From positions 149,606,001 to 149,670,000 of the forward strand of contig OZ024741.1 of assembly GCA_964016885.1 (NCBI GenBank): 64,000 nt of DNA, in the 5' to 3' direction. Below, one piece after another: positions 46,282-60,662 of this stretch. The notes below the pieces were generated by a model. That model ran no database searches. It saw only the letters and a list, made by a program, of their open reading frames with translations, and had not been told where the DNA came from. The stretch's first letter is position 1, and every line of letters starts with the position of its first letter. The position numbers and the translations under genes were made by a program. This DNA is from Eledone cirrhosa (Eukaryota).

Positions 46282-48654
46282 TATATATCTAAAAACACCC
46301 ATACTAATACTAACATGGAGAAAATGTGATCAATAACATTTCATAGCTTTTTAGTTTTTGATCAATGATTTTGTTTGAGTTAGGTAGGCTTTTGATGCTT
46401 AAATTATGTAAAAATATACATCTATTTTTATAGACTCGTGTCATTTGTGAAACATCTTGGTTCATGGGTCCAGCAGACACAGATGTGAATGTGTTAGCCT
46501 GAAGGTTATCAAGGGGAATGCCCTGAAAAAACCAGTATAACATGTGGTTCCTGCGAGTGGTTATCTTCGTCCCGATCACAGTAAGGATGTGGTTTGAGGA
46601 CCTAGCATGTCAGATGCTTCCATTGCTGTGCGTTTGATGTTAAACCCATCAGAGACAAGTCAGCAGATATTTGAGGGAGATTTTGTTGATGTGTATTGCA
46701 AAGTCAACAACTGCCTCAGAGCATTGCTGCCCAAACTGCATCATGGCACAATGCTAATTCATTTTGTTGTCACTCAGAGTTTCTGGCATAATACAATCTT
46801 TTAACTCTTCAGCATTTACATTATTCTATATTTACTATTATATTTTTTTTGGTAGAGGCTTTATATCACATAATATTGAATCTGAGATTTTGATATTATT
46901 TATTTTGAGAACAATATCTTAACATCAGTATAAGTGGCTAGTTACAGCCAGTTTGAACAGAAAGAGGAGAGAATTCTGGCCGGATACAGTTGGTTTAAAT
47001 GCTAAAGTGTTAAACAACAACAGAAATTTCTATTGATGTCTGAAGGTTTGTAACTCTGAGTAGCAACAACGACTCTCCAACTCTCTACAAATACATATAC
47101 ATACAGAGGAAACCACTTCTGTGTGAGGATACATGATGGGTTTCCGAGACTGTCTCCAGCTGCAATCATACACATTTTATGATAGTGTGATCCATAGGAG
47201 CACTGCTTGCTGTTGAATGTTGATAGTCGCAGTGGGGATACTAACCAAAAAAATTTCTTACTAGCTGGGCTGGGAGCTGATTGTTATGTCACTAGCACGA
47301 CCATCTTACAGTGTGTACTCTGAGCTTTTTTCGAACCACGAGCACTACCACCTTACAAGGTAGACTGGGTACTCTTTGTTGTAGCACCAGTACAATCACA
47401 TTACAGGGATGCTGATGTATCAGATTTGTGTCACTGAATTGCAGAACCCTCATGTCTTGTTTATTTCTTGTGCTATTTCCATAGACTTCATGTACACCTG
47501 GTTGAAAATTGAGAAAACAGAAAAGCTATATATTAGTGCATTCTTAGATGGAGTAATAATTAAGATTTGAGGCAGTTCGTTTTACCGGTTACAAAATGCT
47601 CATTGCTTCTCTGACCTTAAAGCAATAGTTTTTATTTCATCTCATATCACATCAACATATATATATCTTTCAGTTTAAATTTCCAGTCTGGTTCATGCTG
47701 AACCAGAGTGCTACTATCCTACCTGTAAATGTAACTCTCAAACCAGCCCATAGTGGCTTTTTAAGGTTGGTGTTTGGCATAACTTTAAGTGGATGAGAGA
47801 TAACTCTCTCCTTGTATTTTCACTGACCTGTAATCATTTTCTGACAACTAGATAAATACACGACCTATATTCTATATATCCTGGTTTTTAGAATAGGTGC
47901 ACCGTATCCCTGCATGTCGTAAGACATGACTAAAAACGCTGGTGCCAAGAAGAGCTGTAAAACATTGCCTCAATAGTGGTGAAAATAGCCTTAAAATGCC
48001 AGGTGCTATTGTTGGTGAATGACTGCCAAGAATCAACAATCACATAGTTGATTCTTACAAAATAAAGGACAGATTGGACAATGTTGCCTTATAAATACTA
48101 GCAGAAAAACCACCCTTCAGGTGGTTTTCTGCTAGCATGTGTAGTGTGCATATTAATATTATATGCAAATATACATGCTCGTAGATATGATACTTCAAAT
48201 AAAATCGTAATTGACAATATACACAGAAATTGAAGAGAGAGACTGTTACACTGTCTTATGTAATCAGTAAAGTAATCCATGATACATTTAAAAAAGACGA
48301 TATTATATATAAAATGCATTACATTGAAATGTAATGAAAACGAAAAAGGAGAAAATTAGCGACGGAAATATAAACGTTATGATATAACGATGCAAATATA
48401 TGAACGTTTATATAACCGATATGATATAGCGTCCCCGTTATATCGTAACCGGAAGTATTGATATTTGAACATTTTAATAGAAGTGAATCTTAAAATAAGC
48501 AATCATTATATATAAGAATATTTATGTTTAATCAACAGCTACGAAATTTAGTACATAAATTATGTAATATTCATTCATTATTTATTCAAAGTAATCCCAC
48601 TTATTTTACTAATGGGATAACAAATATATTCAGGACAGTCCTGCACACTTCGAT

Positions 48655-48836
48655 TTGGCAGTATCGGTAGAGGGTCGGACGCCATGCTTTGACGTATAGA
48701 GTTACGGCCCCTGCCATTCTGAGTTCAAATCTCGTCGAGGTTAACTTTGCCTTTCATCCTTACGGGGTTGATAAAATAAAGTACCAGTAATGCACTGGGT
48801 AATTGCTGACCTTGTGCCAAAAGTAGAAACAATTAT
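48655..48836 (+). mobile_element. SINE with Deu/Nin-like central domain; other copies near 2995, 38310, 50280(-), 53900, 56740
   Basis: 'ttctgagttcaaatctcgtcgaggttaactttgcctttcatccttacggggttgataaaataaagtaccagt'. Domain assignment is from memory of the consensus. Confidence 0.65.
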
Positions 48837-51800
48837 ATTATGATACAAGAAAATGGGATGGTTGTTGCTAGAATACTTTTGATCATAAGTCTTCTGAGTT
48901 AGGGCCCACTAATGTCCCTCTATGTTTGCTTATCATGGCTTGCTTCAATTATGAGACTATTTTTCTCTGTGGAAGGACTTAGAAACAAACTTATTACAAT
49001 TTGTGAACTATATTTATATGCTATGTGTATCTGGTTTAGAATAGTTACATTATATCCCCGAGTGATGTAAGAGGTAACTAAAATGATTGACACCAAGTAG
49101 GGTATTCAACTGTAAAACATTTCATGAAAAGGGACCCTATGATGTGTATGAAGCTTGTAAGACTAACCCTGACTTTAGCTGAGAAGGTGGCTTTAAAACA
49201 CTTGTGGATGTATGTATTATACTATTTATTCACTTTACTGCTAAAAGTATTTTGTCCAGAAACCTTGTTTGCTTTTTTAATGTTTGGAAGAGAGGAAAAT
49301 ATGGATTAACTAGCAAATGCTATCTGCTCACTATAATTGTGTTAGAAGAGAGAACTGATCACATCAAGAATGCATACTTATACCACACACGTTCCTCTCC
49401 ACACAGTTACATAAGATTTTTCTCTTATTTTTTTTTATTTTTGCATTCAAAATATTTTTTTCACAGAATTTAACTCATGTCTTGGTCCACATAAAACTGC
49501 ATCAGTAAGGCATTCTTAAAAAGTATAAAAGAGTGATATGACCATATCATATTAAAAATTGAAACCATTACTCCAATATTGGAATTTTTAAATGTGTCCA
49601 CTAGTAAAGATACTAGAAACATTTGAATTAACAAACCTGTTTTAAGCTATTTTTTTCTAAATCATTACAGAATGTTAAAAGTTAAAACAGCCGTCAGTTT
49701 TAAGTTTTAACAAACCTGTTTTTTGATATTTTCTATTAAATCATTGCAGGCTGATAAATTTAAAACAGCTCTTTCTGTTTTAAGTCTTTGTTTCAATGAC
49801 TCATTTCATGTATTGTTTGTTATATAATTTTGTGGAACTCTGAAGGGTTAAGACTCAACTTCACTAGTGATGGTGCCACTACTCTCTGAAATGGTTGGCA
49901 TTAGGAAGAGCATTCCGCTGTAGAAACCATGCCAAAACTAGAATACATGTAAGCGAGGTGAAGCTCCAGCCTGGTGTACACTAGCTCTATGTCGAGCTTC
50001 ATACTATCATGGAAAATGAAGAAGCAATCAAAAGAATAATTATTTTTCTAGTCTTGTTAGTATTATTTCTTGTAGCAATATGACCTTGTTGTCAGTAGGT
50101 GTAGAATCACTTTTGCTTTTCAGTTTGGTAATATTTGTAGGGTAGGCCCGATTGATTTTTAGGTGAATAATGTGTTACTGTAATTCATGGTTTTTTTTTT
50201 TTAATTATGGCCTAGCAGTTAGGCTCACGATTATAAGGTAAAATAGGTGAAAGGGACATTTTAAACCTGGTAGAGCTCATCACTCTCCAGGTTTAAACAC
50301 AGTTGACTTTTCCAGAAAAAGTGAAGTGAAGTGATAAAGAAGAGTCGATGCCAGTACTGAATTGGTTGCTACTTTATTGACCTCGTAAAGATGCATGACA
50401 AAGTTGATCTTGGTGGAATTCAGAGTGCAGTGAGCCGGAACAAAATCCTGATGCATTTTCAATTCGATACCTTAATGAGTGCCAATTCAAGATCTTCTTA
50501 CTATTGTAAGGTCATGAGTTCAATACCCACGCACACAATTTACACTATGCATTTCCTCTCTTAGTCATCTTGCTTACAATAAGAAGGTCATTTAACTCTA
50601 CATTTGTCTTTGTAAATAGTAATTTCGCCAAAGTTAAATATACATTTAATCCTGTGTGTCATTTGTACACATATACTGAACATTTATGTATCATAGAAAT
50701 AAATTAAAATGAATATTTTTAACGGCTTCCACGTGTCAGAAATCAACATAAACTACAGGGTTTCTATTATGCAAACAATTTATCAAAACACAAATTTTCC
50801 AGTTTGTCCAATTCTTGACTTCCAAAATGAAATACATCCAACACTATTGCCAACATTATTGATGACACCGGGCTACTATTTTTGTATATTGTTGCCAAAG
50901 GTTAAATCTTACTTTCCACTAATCCTTATTCAATTTTTGATGAATTTACGTTTCATAGTTGTCTCCCTTACGTTTCTTGTCAATATTTTAATCATTAAAA
51001 TCTAATGATTTTTCTTTTACAGGGGTAATTTTAATTAATCAAAATGTTGTTTTGGTTCATTAAATCATGTTAACACCTACTTAACTCTCAGTTTTTATCG
51101 GCTTTGTCTTCTATTCTGGTGTCAGTAGTAAGCTCACTACATACGGCTGTCTCTAGAACCAATATCTAATGTGACGGCGTTGTTATTTAAGTGCAAGGTC
51201 AGTCCTGATTGAATAGACCTATTTATGATCAAAAGTGTTCAACATTTAATGATGATCATCACATCAGTGCAACTAGGACCGCACCCAATGTGTTCCTGAT
51301 TTTAGAAAGATATGGTTGCTATGTCTAGCAGATCGAGTGACCACACACACTCCCTCATTAAATATTTATAATGGATGTACATTTTCTTCCTGGATCAAGA
51401 ATACACATCAGTGTTCTAACCGCGACCACCCTGTTCTATTTTCAAATGCAGTGTATCTGGGATTACATTAGGCAGCGTGTCTTTCCTGTGTTTTCAACAG
51501 GCAGATATCTATTAAGTAACCAGTAACGCGAGGCAGTGGTCAGCTTGTAGGTAGTAAGTAATACGATGAAATACTTCCATAAATAATAATAGATTATCAT
51601 CATTGGGGTCTAGTTAATCTACATGCCCCCCCCCCCCCCCCCCCAATTGTGACTGTATCCATGTTAGAAAGCCATTATTATCATACAAAGAGTGGTGAAT
51701 CGGCAACAATTGTAGTGAATTGAACAAAATAGTACCCTGCAGTAGTTAGTATTGTTCTGGGTTCATTCTTCTGGTGTCGATTCTATATTCTTGTGTCTAT

Positions 51801-52773
51801 GTTATAAGACATTACTGAAGTCGAAATGAACGCGTCTTTAAATATGTAGCTCAATGATAGCTCCATTGTAATATAATTGAAATTCCTTACTAAACAACTA
51901 TTATTCAGTAATATGTAGTAATTTATTGGGAGAAATTAAAAAACAAAACAAAACAAACTTAATTTAATTATACATTCTTATAGGATGTTTATATACATCC
52001 ATTAAATTTCCACCAGTATATACATCATTACTGGGTTGGTGGTGGTAGATATTCTCATTGACTTAGGCTAGATTTAGACTAGGAATCAAACTAAATATTT
52101 AGACTACCACACTGATTTTTGTACGTGTGTATGTAGCTTGATTTATGTGTGTGACCTTACCATACAGTTATAACACTACGCACGCACAAACATACATATA
52201 CATACCTATATGTTATTATTTAATCTCAGGTCAGATCTGATTGGGCAGTCATACGATGAAATACTTTCTTTTTATGGGTGACTAGGACGACACAATTTAA
52301 TGTGGTGTTCACTTCCCTTTTTTTTTCAAGACAAGAGGGATGTATGTGGTTTGAAGGAGTTTGATTGCTATTTGTAGCATGTCAAATGACCACTTAGAGG
52401 TTTCCTTCATTGGGTTCGCATTTATTATAAATATATTAAATAGCTAACTACATAAGCTTAAGGGTATTTGCCTATCTGGTCCCTATTGTGTGTGTATGTG
52501 TGTATACACCCACACACAGGGTGTCCCCCAAAAATGTATACGCACTTTGATTACCTGTACAGGCAATATTTTTTAGAATGCTATTGAATGTGCGTGAGAG
52601 AATTGGATTAAAATGCATTTTGTGTCCGCCTCACCCCTCCATTCAGACTTCTTTTTAATTATCTCCCTTTAAACGACCTCTCCTTCTGTATCTTAGCTAC
52701 CTTGCTTTGTCTGCATCAAGATGTGCATCAAGCGAGACTAGTTTCCCCTTCACACAGATAGACATACACGCAC

Positions 52774-52811
<38 letters not shown>

Positions 52812-52947
52812 TGTGTATATCTCTTTCATTTCTTTGCCGGGATAACATATACGGGGTTAGTTTGTATATTTATTAGTATATCACATTTTATATAACTCAT
52901 TGGTATTTCTCGTTTCTTTCTTGTTTTTGAAATTAAACATTTGTATG

Positions 52948-52978
<31 letters not shown>

Positions 52979-54899
52979 CACGAGTGTATATGTATATGTG
53001 CATTCATACTGATCAACGAGTGGTGGTAATACGAAAGTGGTGCATTGATTTACAAATGTTTTTTCCTTTTTATCCTTTCCACACATACTGGAATATTTTT
53101 TAAATAATTTGTGAAAATGACTGGTAGTGGTTTAAACTCCGTTTTCCCTATCTCCATATGTGTTTAATATGTATATACGTGTAATGTTTATATGTATGTA
53201 TGTGTGTACATATAGTATAGTGTTTATATGCATGTGGTGTTTGTGTATAGTGGTAGTGTGCATGTTTGTAATATATATATATAATAATTATATGCATGCA
53301 TGTATGTGTGTTATATATGTATATCTACAAACATGTATTTGTAACATTAGGTTTATACACACACATTTGTTTACAACCCCCATCACAATTCACTCAACAA
53401 ATATTACATCAATACTGTCTTGTGGTAGTTCTTCTCTATTTATTTTAATGTGAAATTCCTGAAAATTTACATCTTATAAAAAGGGTTGTAACATTGACCA
53501 TCTGATTTTAACTTTTTATATAAGGGAGTACAGTATCCTTTATTTAAGGCATTAGGGTGTGATTTGAGGGAAATGTAGCTGCTGTTTTTAGCAGGTTAAA
53601 CAACCATGTAGAACTCATGATAATTTGTTGTTATGTCCAAGGAATGTAACAGGCTGCAAGCTAAACCCAGTTTGAACACTTCATCATGTCCCGCTAATTC
53701 AACATTTTTAGCTACTTACCATGGTTCCATGCATATTGTTAATAGTTGCTGTTTAGTTCCATGTCAGCCTTGATCAAGTAGACCCATAACCAAAAGTATT
53801 CCAGCCATGACCATCCTGTAATCCATGTCAGCTCTGAAAGCAGACAATAGGGCTTGCAAGGCTAGCACCTGTGTTAACAGAGAAAATGACTTTAAATGCC
53901 TTTTGGCAGAAATTGTTAGTGTCAAATAAAATGCTTTGTAGTATTTGTCTCTATATGTCCTGAATTTCGATTTCTCTGGAGTCAATTTTCCCTTTCATCC
54001 TCTCGGGGTGGATAAAATAAGTACCAGTTAAGTACTGTACTGAGGTCAATATAATTGACTTTCCCCTTCTCACAAATTACTGGCCTTGTGCCAATATTAG
54101 AGAGAATTATTGTTATTTGGTCAACTTTCAAACTAAATGCATTGCACTATTTACTTATCTCTTTTACATTTTGTTTCAAACTCTACCTGGGCTAATTTTC
54201 TTGTTATCCCTTCACTGGATAATTAGTGTATGTCTGTAGCATAGTGGAGTTGATCATATTGACTATACTCTTCCTTCACAAATAGTTCAAATGTTAACAT
54301 CATTATTATTGTTAACTATTTCATTACCATATTTCTAATGAAATACACTGCTCATGATTTTCAAATACTTTTGAAAATAATCAAGAAGGGGGTTGGGTGG
54401 GTGGGGGGTAGTGTAACTAAATTTCTCATTATTTGGTGTTTGGAACATAATCTTTTTGATGCCGACACGCCCCAAACTGCCTCTGGTTCATTGTCATCAT
54501 CATCATTTTATGTTTGCTTCCCATGCTGGCACGGGTTGGATAAGCTCAGACCAGACAAGTTGGAGTAACCAATCTTGCTTATTACGTTCCATTTATGGTA
54601 TGTTTTCTATGGCTAGATGCTCTTCCTAATGCCAACCACCTTACAGGGTGTATTAAATACATTTGTTTTTGTGATACCAGCACTACCACTTTTGCAGGGT
54701 GTATTTGGTGCATTTTATTATGACGCCAGCACTTCAGAAATTATGTATTCGGCTATATTAAAGAGTTGTTTCCATATTGCCAAACACTCTATCCTCCAAT
54801 TTCTCACCATGTTGATCTACATGATAAAAATTGGCTTGAAATTAAACAACATTGACTTCTCCACTTCATACACCCTCCAGTTTCCTACCACATTTTCTT

Positions 54900-56425
54900 T
54901 TAATGTTACTGTGCTTGTCCTGGTGGATGGGTCTTTTGCAATTTGCCATCTCTCTCGTCATCTTTATCAGGTTCAATTTCTTGATGTCATTCTTCACAAC
55001 TTTATCTCATGTCTTTTTTTGTATTCTTCTACAAGTTCCATGCACTTTAAATACTTAATACTTTTTTTTTATACAACTCTTTTTCTCCCTACACATTACA
55101 TGTCCATACTAACACAATCGTCTATTTCTTGAGTACCCTTAGTTTACTACTCCTATGCATTTGCCACATACAAAGTCTACCATCCCTGTAAGTCTACATG
55201 TGATTTCACAACATCCTTTGTGCGTCTACACAGGGCGTAATATATGGAATTCTTACCCACTCCTTTTCTACACATTGAGCATGGACCATTTTCCTGATGG
55301 TAGCAAGGTTTTATTCCCTTTTCTTCCTAAAATTTAGTCTTTGCAATGGCCCTTTAGGTTCAACCCTTACCTTTGCTGGCTGCACTTCTGTACATGGTTT
55401 GTACAACCCTCACAAGCCATTCCTCTATACCTAACTTCTAAGCAACCACCAAATTACAAAGCATGGGTATTAAAGGCTTTTTTTCAAGTTGACAGATGTT
55501 AGATATTAGGGATTATTCTTAGCTACTGCAACTGTCAAATTAGGAAGATGATATCTGTAGTGCTTCATCTGGACAAAAAACCAAAATTCATCTCAAGATG
55601 AATTCTGTCTCTAACTAATTGTGACCATCATAACCTGATCCAACAGTTTAATGCCTTAGCAATTTCCTCTCTCCAATGTATGTCCTTTGCCCTTGTAGCA
55701 GTTCACAATGATGCTGCTATGACAATTATTGGGTATGACACCTTCCTGCACTACCTCATTAACTATGCTTGTGACTTGCTTTACTTGATAATCACCTCAG
55801 CAACAATCCCTTCATATCCCTAATTACTTCATCTACCATACTGCTGTCAACTTTGATGGCTTTTCCTCATTTGGGTTTATTTAGAGCAGATCCCTACATT
55901 CCCATATATTTTCCTTATTCAAAAACTTCCTGCAGTAACACTTCCAGGCTTCTTTCCAATATCAGTAAGTGTCAATGGACACATACGACTCTTCCACAAT
56001 ATCTTGGTTTTCCCTCAGCTTTTATAGCCTTTCTGTAGTACTGTTCCTTTACTGTGACACTTTTCGTTAGGTTGGTACCTTGCTTCAACCACAGACCTCA
56101 TCTGTGGCTTTTAGCAGGTTGTCTCAAAGAAGTTTTTGCAGTTTTCCTCCACATTATAGGACTCTAATTCCTCATCTTCCTTATCTATTATTTCAGCTAA
56201 TATATTTGTTTTAAACCTCAGGCTGTTTACTGGATCTTTAGGTTTCTATATTCTTTTACTCCAGACTGCTTTAGATTTGTTCACACATCTCAGTTTTGCT
56301 CTGAGGTCAGGGTTATGCATTCTTCACCAGGGAAGGACTTGGCAATTACAACCATCAGTCTATCTCATTTTCTGATGGGAATGAAGTCGATCTGATTTAT
56401 GCGACTGTCAGATTGGTAGGTGGAG
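54900..56425 (-). mobile_element. Old, internally deleted RTE LINE (APE end, RT start, C-terminus)
   Basis: Minus-strand remnants TYQSDSRINQIDFI, SIIVNCYKGKG, IKLLDQVM and PSGKWSMLNV. Confidence 0.7.
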
Positions 56426-57246
56426 CAATGGTTTACAGCTAGATGCCCTTCCTGGTAGTAAACATTAGTCACCTCTTGCATGTAGGGATACAGTGATGGT
56501 GCTGTTTTAAACTTTTCAACAATGTCTTTCTAATGCAGTATATAGCGTTAAGAGTGAAAGTTTGGTGAAAATTCCAAATAATACCATCTGTAAAATAATG
56601 TTAACTATTAGTTTCAATAAAAAAAAAAAATGGTACCAGTAAAATACTTAGCTGGTTTAATCACATACACCCCTATTCCCTGCCAAATTTATTGGCAATT
56701 ATTAGACAGGTGCTTTGCAGTATTTTTTCTACTCTTTTATGTTCTCAGTTTAAATCTTGCTGATGTCAACTTTGCCTGTTTCCTTCCGAAGTCCATACAA
56801 TATTGCACCAGTCACATACTGGAGCTGATGTAATTGATTTTCCCTTCCCCACAATTGTTGACCTTGTGTTTAAATTAGAAATCGTTATTAGACAAATGAA
56901 ATAAGAGAAAGTACATTCATAAATACTTTTGTTTTGTTCTTTTTGCCTTGTAAATTTTCTTTTAAACTTTCGATTTAACAGTGTATCGATTTCATTTCTT
57001 TTTTTTTTTTTTTTCTTAAATTGAACCAACGCTAACAAAGGTTCTGTATGAAATGATGCTCCAACTTTAATGAAGATTCTGCATAAAATGATATGCTTTG
57101 ACCCTAATTAATATGCTGTACACTCCCCCATTTTAATACAAACTGCTACAAGATTATATATAATTTTATCTATTTTTTAATACAGATATTAACAATGGAA
57201 TTGTTTTAAAGTTCATTTTGAACTTTAAACTGGCTAATTGAGCCCA

Positions 57247-57907
57247 ATGAATGGTATTAGTTCAACTCTAGTTACCCAGTTGCCTCCAATCCCTGCAGTT
57301 GGCGTGAATCCCAAGTTAACATCAAATCCAATTGGTTTAAGTACGGCCTTAAACAGCGAGCAGGCCAGTTATCCAGTTTTACACTTTCAGTCTCCGCTAA
57401 AGACATCCCCCCCGCCGAAACAAGAAGGAGGTTGTGTGCGAGATGGAAGAACGGGCGAACAAGTTTGTGAAAAACCGGAGATTGAAGTGCCAGCTTTGAT
57501 GTCAATGGAGCAGTCCACTCGCAGGAGGATCCGCCATGTACTGAAACATGAAGAAACGTTGATCGAGAGTACTGACACCACTGCGACATCTACCACTACT
57601 GCCATCAGTGCTACTATTGCTGCTACTACTATTACTACAACTGCTACTACTGCTACTACTACTATTGTTAATAGTACGTCAAGTGACAAAATGAAAGTTC
57701 CTGTTAAAGATCCTCCTGCTAAAGTTGAAACAACCCTGAAGGACAGCCAGAGTGTTCCACAAAAGACTGATCCATTATTGGAAAAGCATGAGAAACCAGC
57801 TAAGTGGCTTGTTGGTGACCTTATATGGTCAAAAGTATCTGGTCATCCATGGTGGCCCTGCCTTATTTCTTGTGACCCCCTTGAAGGGATCTACACAAAA
57901 CTGTGTG
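57247..57907 (+). CDS. NSD2: NSD2/MMSET-like histone H3K36 methyltransferase, first coding exon (low-complexity N-terminus + start of PWWP1)
   Basis: Probable acceptor taatacAG| at 57185, in-frame TAA at 57235 before ATG 57247. [26 protein letters not shown] matches NSD PWWP1. Donor G|GTAAGA, phase 1. Confidence 0.85.
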
Positions 57908-58687
57908 GTAAGATATTCACTTTTCTATTTCTTCTAGCTTTCATTTTTAGTTTATAATCTCTTTTTAGATATTGTGTATGTGAACTCTTCTGCTTTATCA
58001 AAGACATGTCAACCTCCCTAGTGCTGGTGCCATTATAAAATGAACCTGTAAATGGTAGGATTGTATGTGAAATGCTGACCCCTAGTCCATCTGAGAGATC
58101 ATTAGCTCCGCTTGAGTACTGACTGGTCTGTGATAATCCCTCTAACCCTTGCTAGCAGGGAAAGCAGGCAGTAAATGATGATGCTGGTGCTAAGGTAAAT
58201 TGCACCAGTACATTCAGTAAAGTGGTTGGTATAACGGTCATCCAGATTTAGAAACCACGCCAATACTGGAACATGTGTAAGGGAGACATGGCCCTCAGCC
58301 TGTCTGGAAAGATGGCAGTTCTGATTAAGTACTAACTTTGTCTGTAATGACCTATCCAACTCTTACCAGCATGGAAAAATGAACATTAAATGGTGGTGGT
58401 GATGGTTGTAGTGGATGGGTAGATTTGTGTCAATATAAAACATTATTTCACTAAAATATTTCCATGCAAAGGTAGTTGGATTAAAATGACTGAGTGGATA
58501 AATAAGATGGTAATAGTTTTGTAGTTTTATCAAAGATGGGAGTTTGTGATTTTCTTCTACAATGTTAAAAATTGTAAAACTCTCTGTCCAATATCTATGT
58601 CTATCCATCCATCTATCTATCTATCAGAAAGATATCTATCTCTCTTCCTGTTTGTCTTTATGTTTTTCTTTTTATTTCCACTTTCAG

Positions 58688-59554
58688 TAAAAGGCAAAGG
58701 AAGTGTTCGGAATTACCATGTGCAGTATTTTTATGATGAACCAGAGCGGGCATGGGTGAGTGAGAATTCAACACTTGGATTTGAAGGGAAAGACAAATTC
58801 TTCAAGTATGTTGAGGACATGTTAGAAAGGGCACCTGCTAAACATCGGTCACAGATTTCACAGAAATATGGAGTCAGCAAATTCAAGCGCCCAGTTTGGG
58901 ACCGTGCTGTTCGTTCTGCAGAAGTAGCACTGCCTTTGTCCCACTCAGAACGGAAACTCTGCTATATAAACAACTTTGATAAACAACATATAGAGAAGAA
59001 GAAACACGAATCTACAGAGAAGTTGGCAGCTGAAGTTTGTAAACCAGAGAAGGGCGTTCCCAAAGCCAAGAAACAAAAAACTGAGAGTTCTAGTGGTGGA
59101 GATGGCAGCAGCAATGGAGCTAATAGTGGTAGTGGTAAACATAAGACTTGTTTCTCTGGCAGTAAACCATCTATTGTCAATGGAACTGTTGCTAAGAAGC
59201 GACACTCAGCAGGCAGCTTTGCCAATGACTCCGACACAAGCACATCACCGCAACGGAAAAGGTCCAAAACGGCCAGCGGTGCTGAGTCTGGCAACAGCAC
59301 CAGTGGTGGAGGTGGTGGTGGGTGTGCTACTACTCAGAAATCAGGGAAAGATGACGGTTCTTTTGACATGTTCTGTCAGAAGCATAGGGAGGGCGTTCTG
59401 TCTGAGCACTCTGACTTTGATGAGCAGATGGTAGTTGAATATCTCGGGCAACAATGGAGTATGATGAGCCAGAAGCAGAGAGCTCGTTACAAGTCTAAGT
59501 TTGGTGGTGGTGGAGGAGGTGGAGGTGTCATTACAAGCAGAGGTACATCATCAG
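58688..59554 (+). CDS. NSD2: NSD2/MMSET-like, second coding exon (rest of PWWP1 + HMG-box-like domain)
   Basis: Acceptor ctttcAG|TA, phase 1. RNYHVQYFYDEPERAWV..FEG and FDMFCQKHREGVLSEH...QWSMMSQKQRARYKSKF resemble NSD2 PWWP1 and HMG segments. Donor CAG|GTAAAT. No SET or PHD exons seen in the window. Confidence 0.87.
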
Positions 59555-59939
59555 GTAAATGAATTTTAACTGTTTTAATTGAAGCAGTTGAAAACTGACC
59601 TGAGCAGAAGCAAGCAAAAGCTGTAATTTTTCACAAAACCAAAAAGAAAAATTAATAATAATAATAATAATAATAATACACTGAAAAAAAAAGAGCGGGT
59701 TTAAAGCACAAACATTTTTTAAATATTGACAATTGAAAAAAAAAATGAAAAAAAATTTTTTTTTCAAACTGAAATTAAATTAATATTTTTACTATATTAT
59801 ATCCTTCCCCCATTTACTTCATCTTTATTTTGTGAAAAAAAACCCAACAAAACTTAATCTTTGGAAATTCAAATAAGAAAATCTTTTTTGTTTTCATCAC
59901 CTAATTTTATTACATTACATTTTACTCTTTATTGAAAGA

Positions 59940-59980
<41 letters not shown>

Positions 59981-60630
59981 GGATAAATGTTGGGTCTAAC
60001 GATAATCACAATAATAATAATAAAACAAGCGGGTCTCATTGTTTAGTTCATATGTTAATTTAATATATTTTTAAAAAGTAAACAGGAAAAAGTGCTCTGC
60101 TTTTTTTTAAATACTTAAATTTAAAAAAATTTATTATTTTCAATTTTTTTTCAATTTTTTCCTTTCCCCACCACATTTAAAAATTTCATTGTTTTTCTTT
60201 TACTTTTTATTTATTTATTTTAACATTTAAAAAATAGGAAACAAAAAAATGTGTCTCAACTTTTTGCCCCCCTTACATAGAACTGAAAAAAAATCACTTG
60301 AAGTGTTGTTGAAGGTGTTTAAAAACTGGAGAATACAGCCTGATTTTGAGCGGACTAAGTTGCCTTTTGAAGTTTTACACACATACACACATTGCAGGCT
60401 GTTCCAGAGGTGAATGGAATCACATTTTCAAGAAAATGTATAGACATTACTAGTGAAGCAGGACAGGTTGTGTTTTTGTTAATTTGTTTGTATCCTTACC
60501 ATATAAGGATAGATGGATGGTTGGCTAAGTCCTATTCACATAAACACACACATGTATGCTATTTTTAAAAGAAGGTTGGAAACGAGGGACAAAATACTTA
60601 ACCATGTTGTAAACATTTGAGATTGTCTCT

Positions 60631-60662
<32 letters not shown>

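Noticed and set aside
57579-57670. Thr/Ala-rich (ACT/GCT)n tract as a separate element
   Set aside because: In-frame low-complexity segment of the NSD2 exon, like the poly-Gly runs in the next exon.
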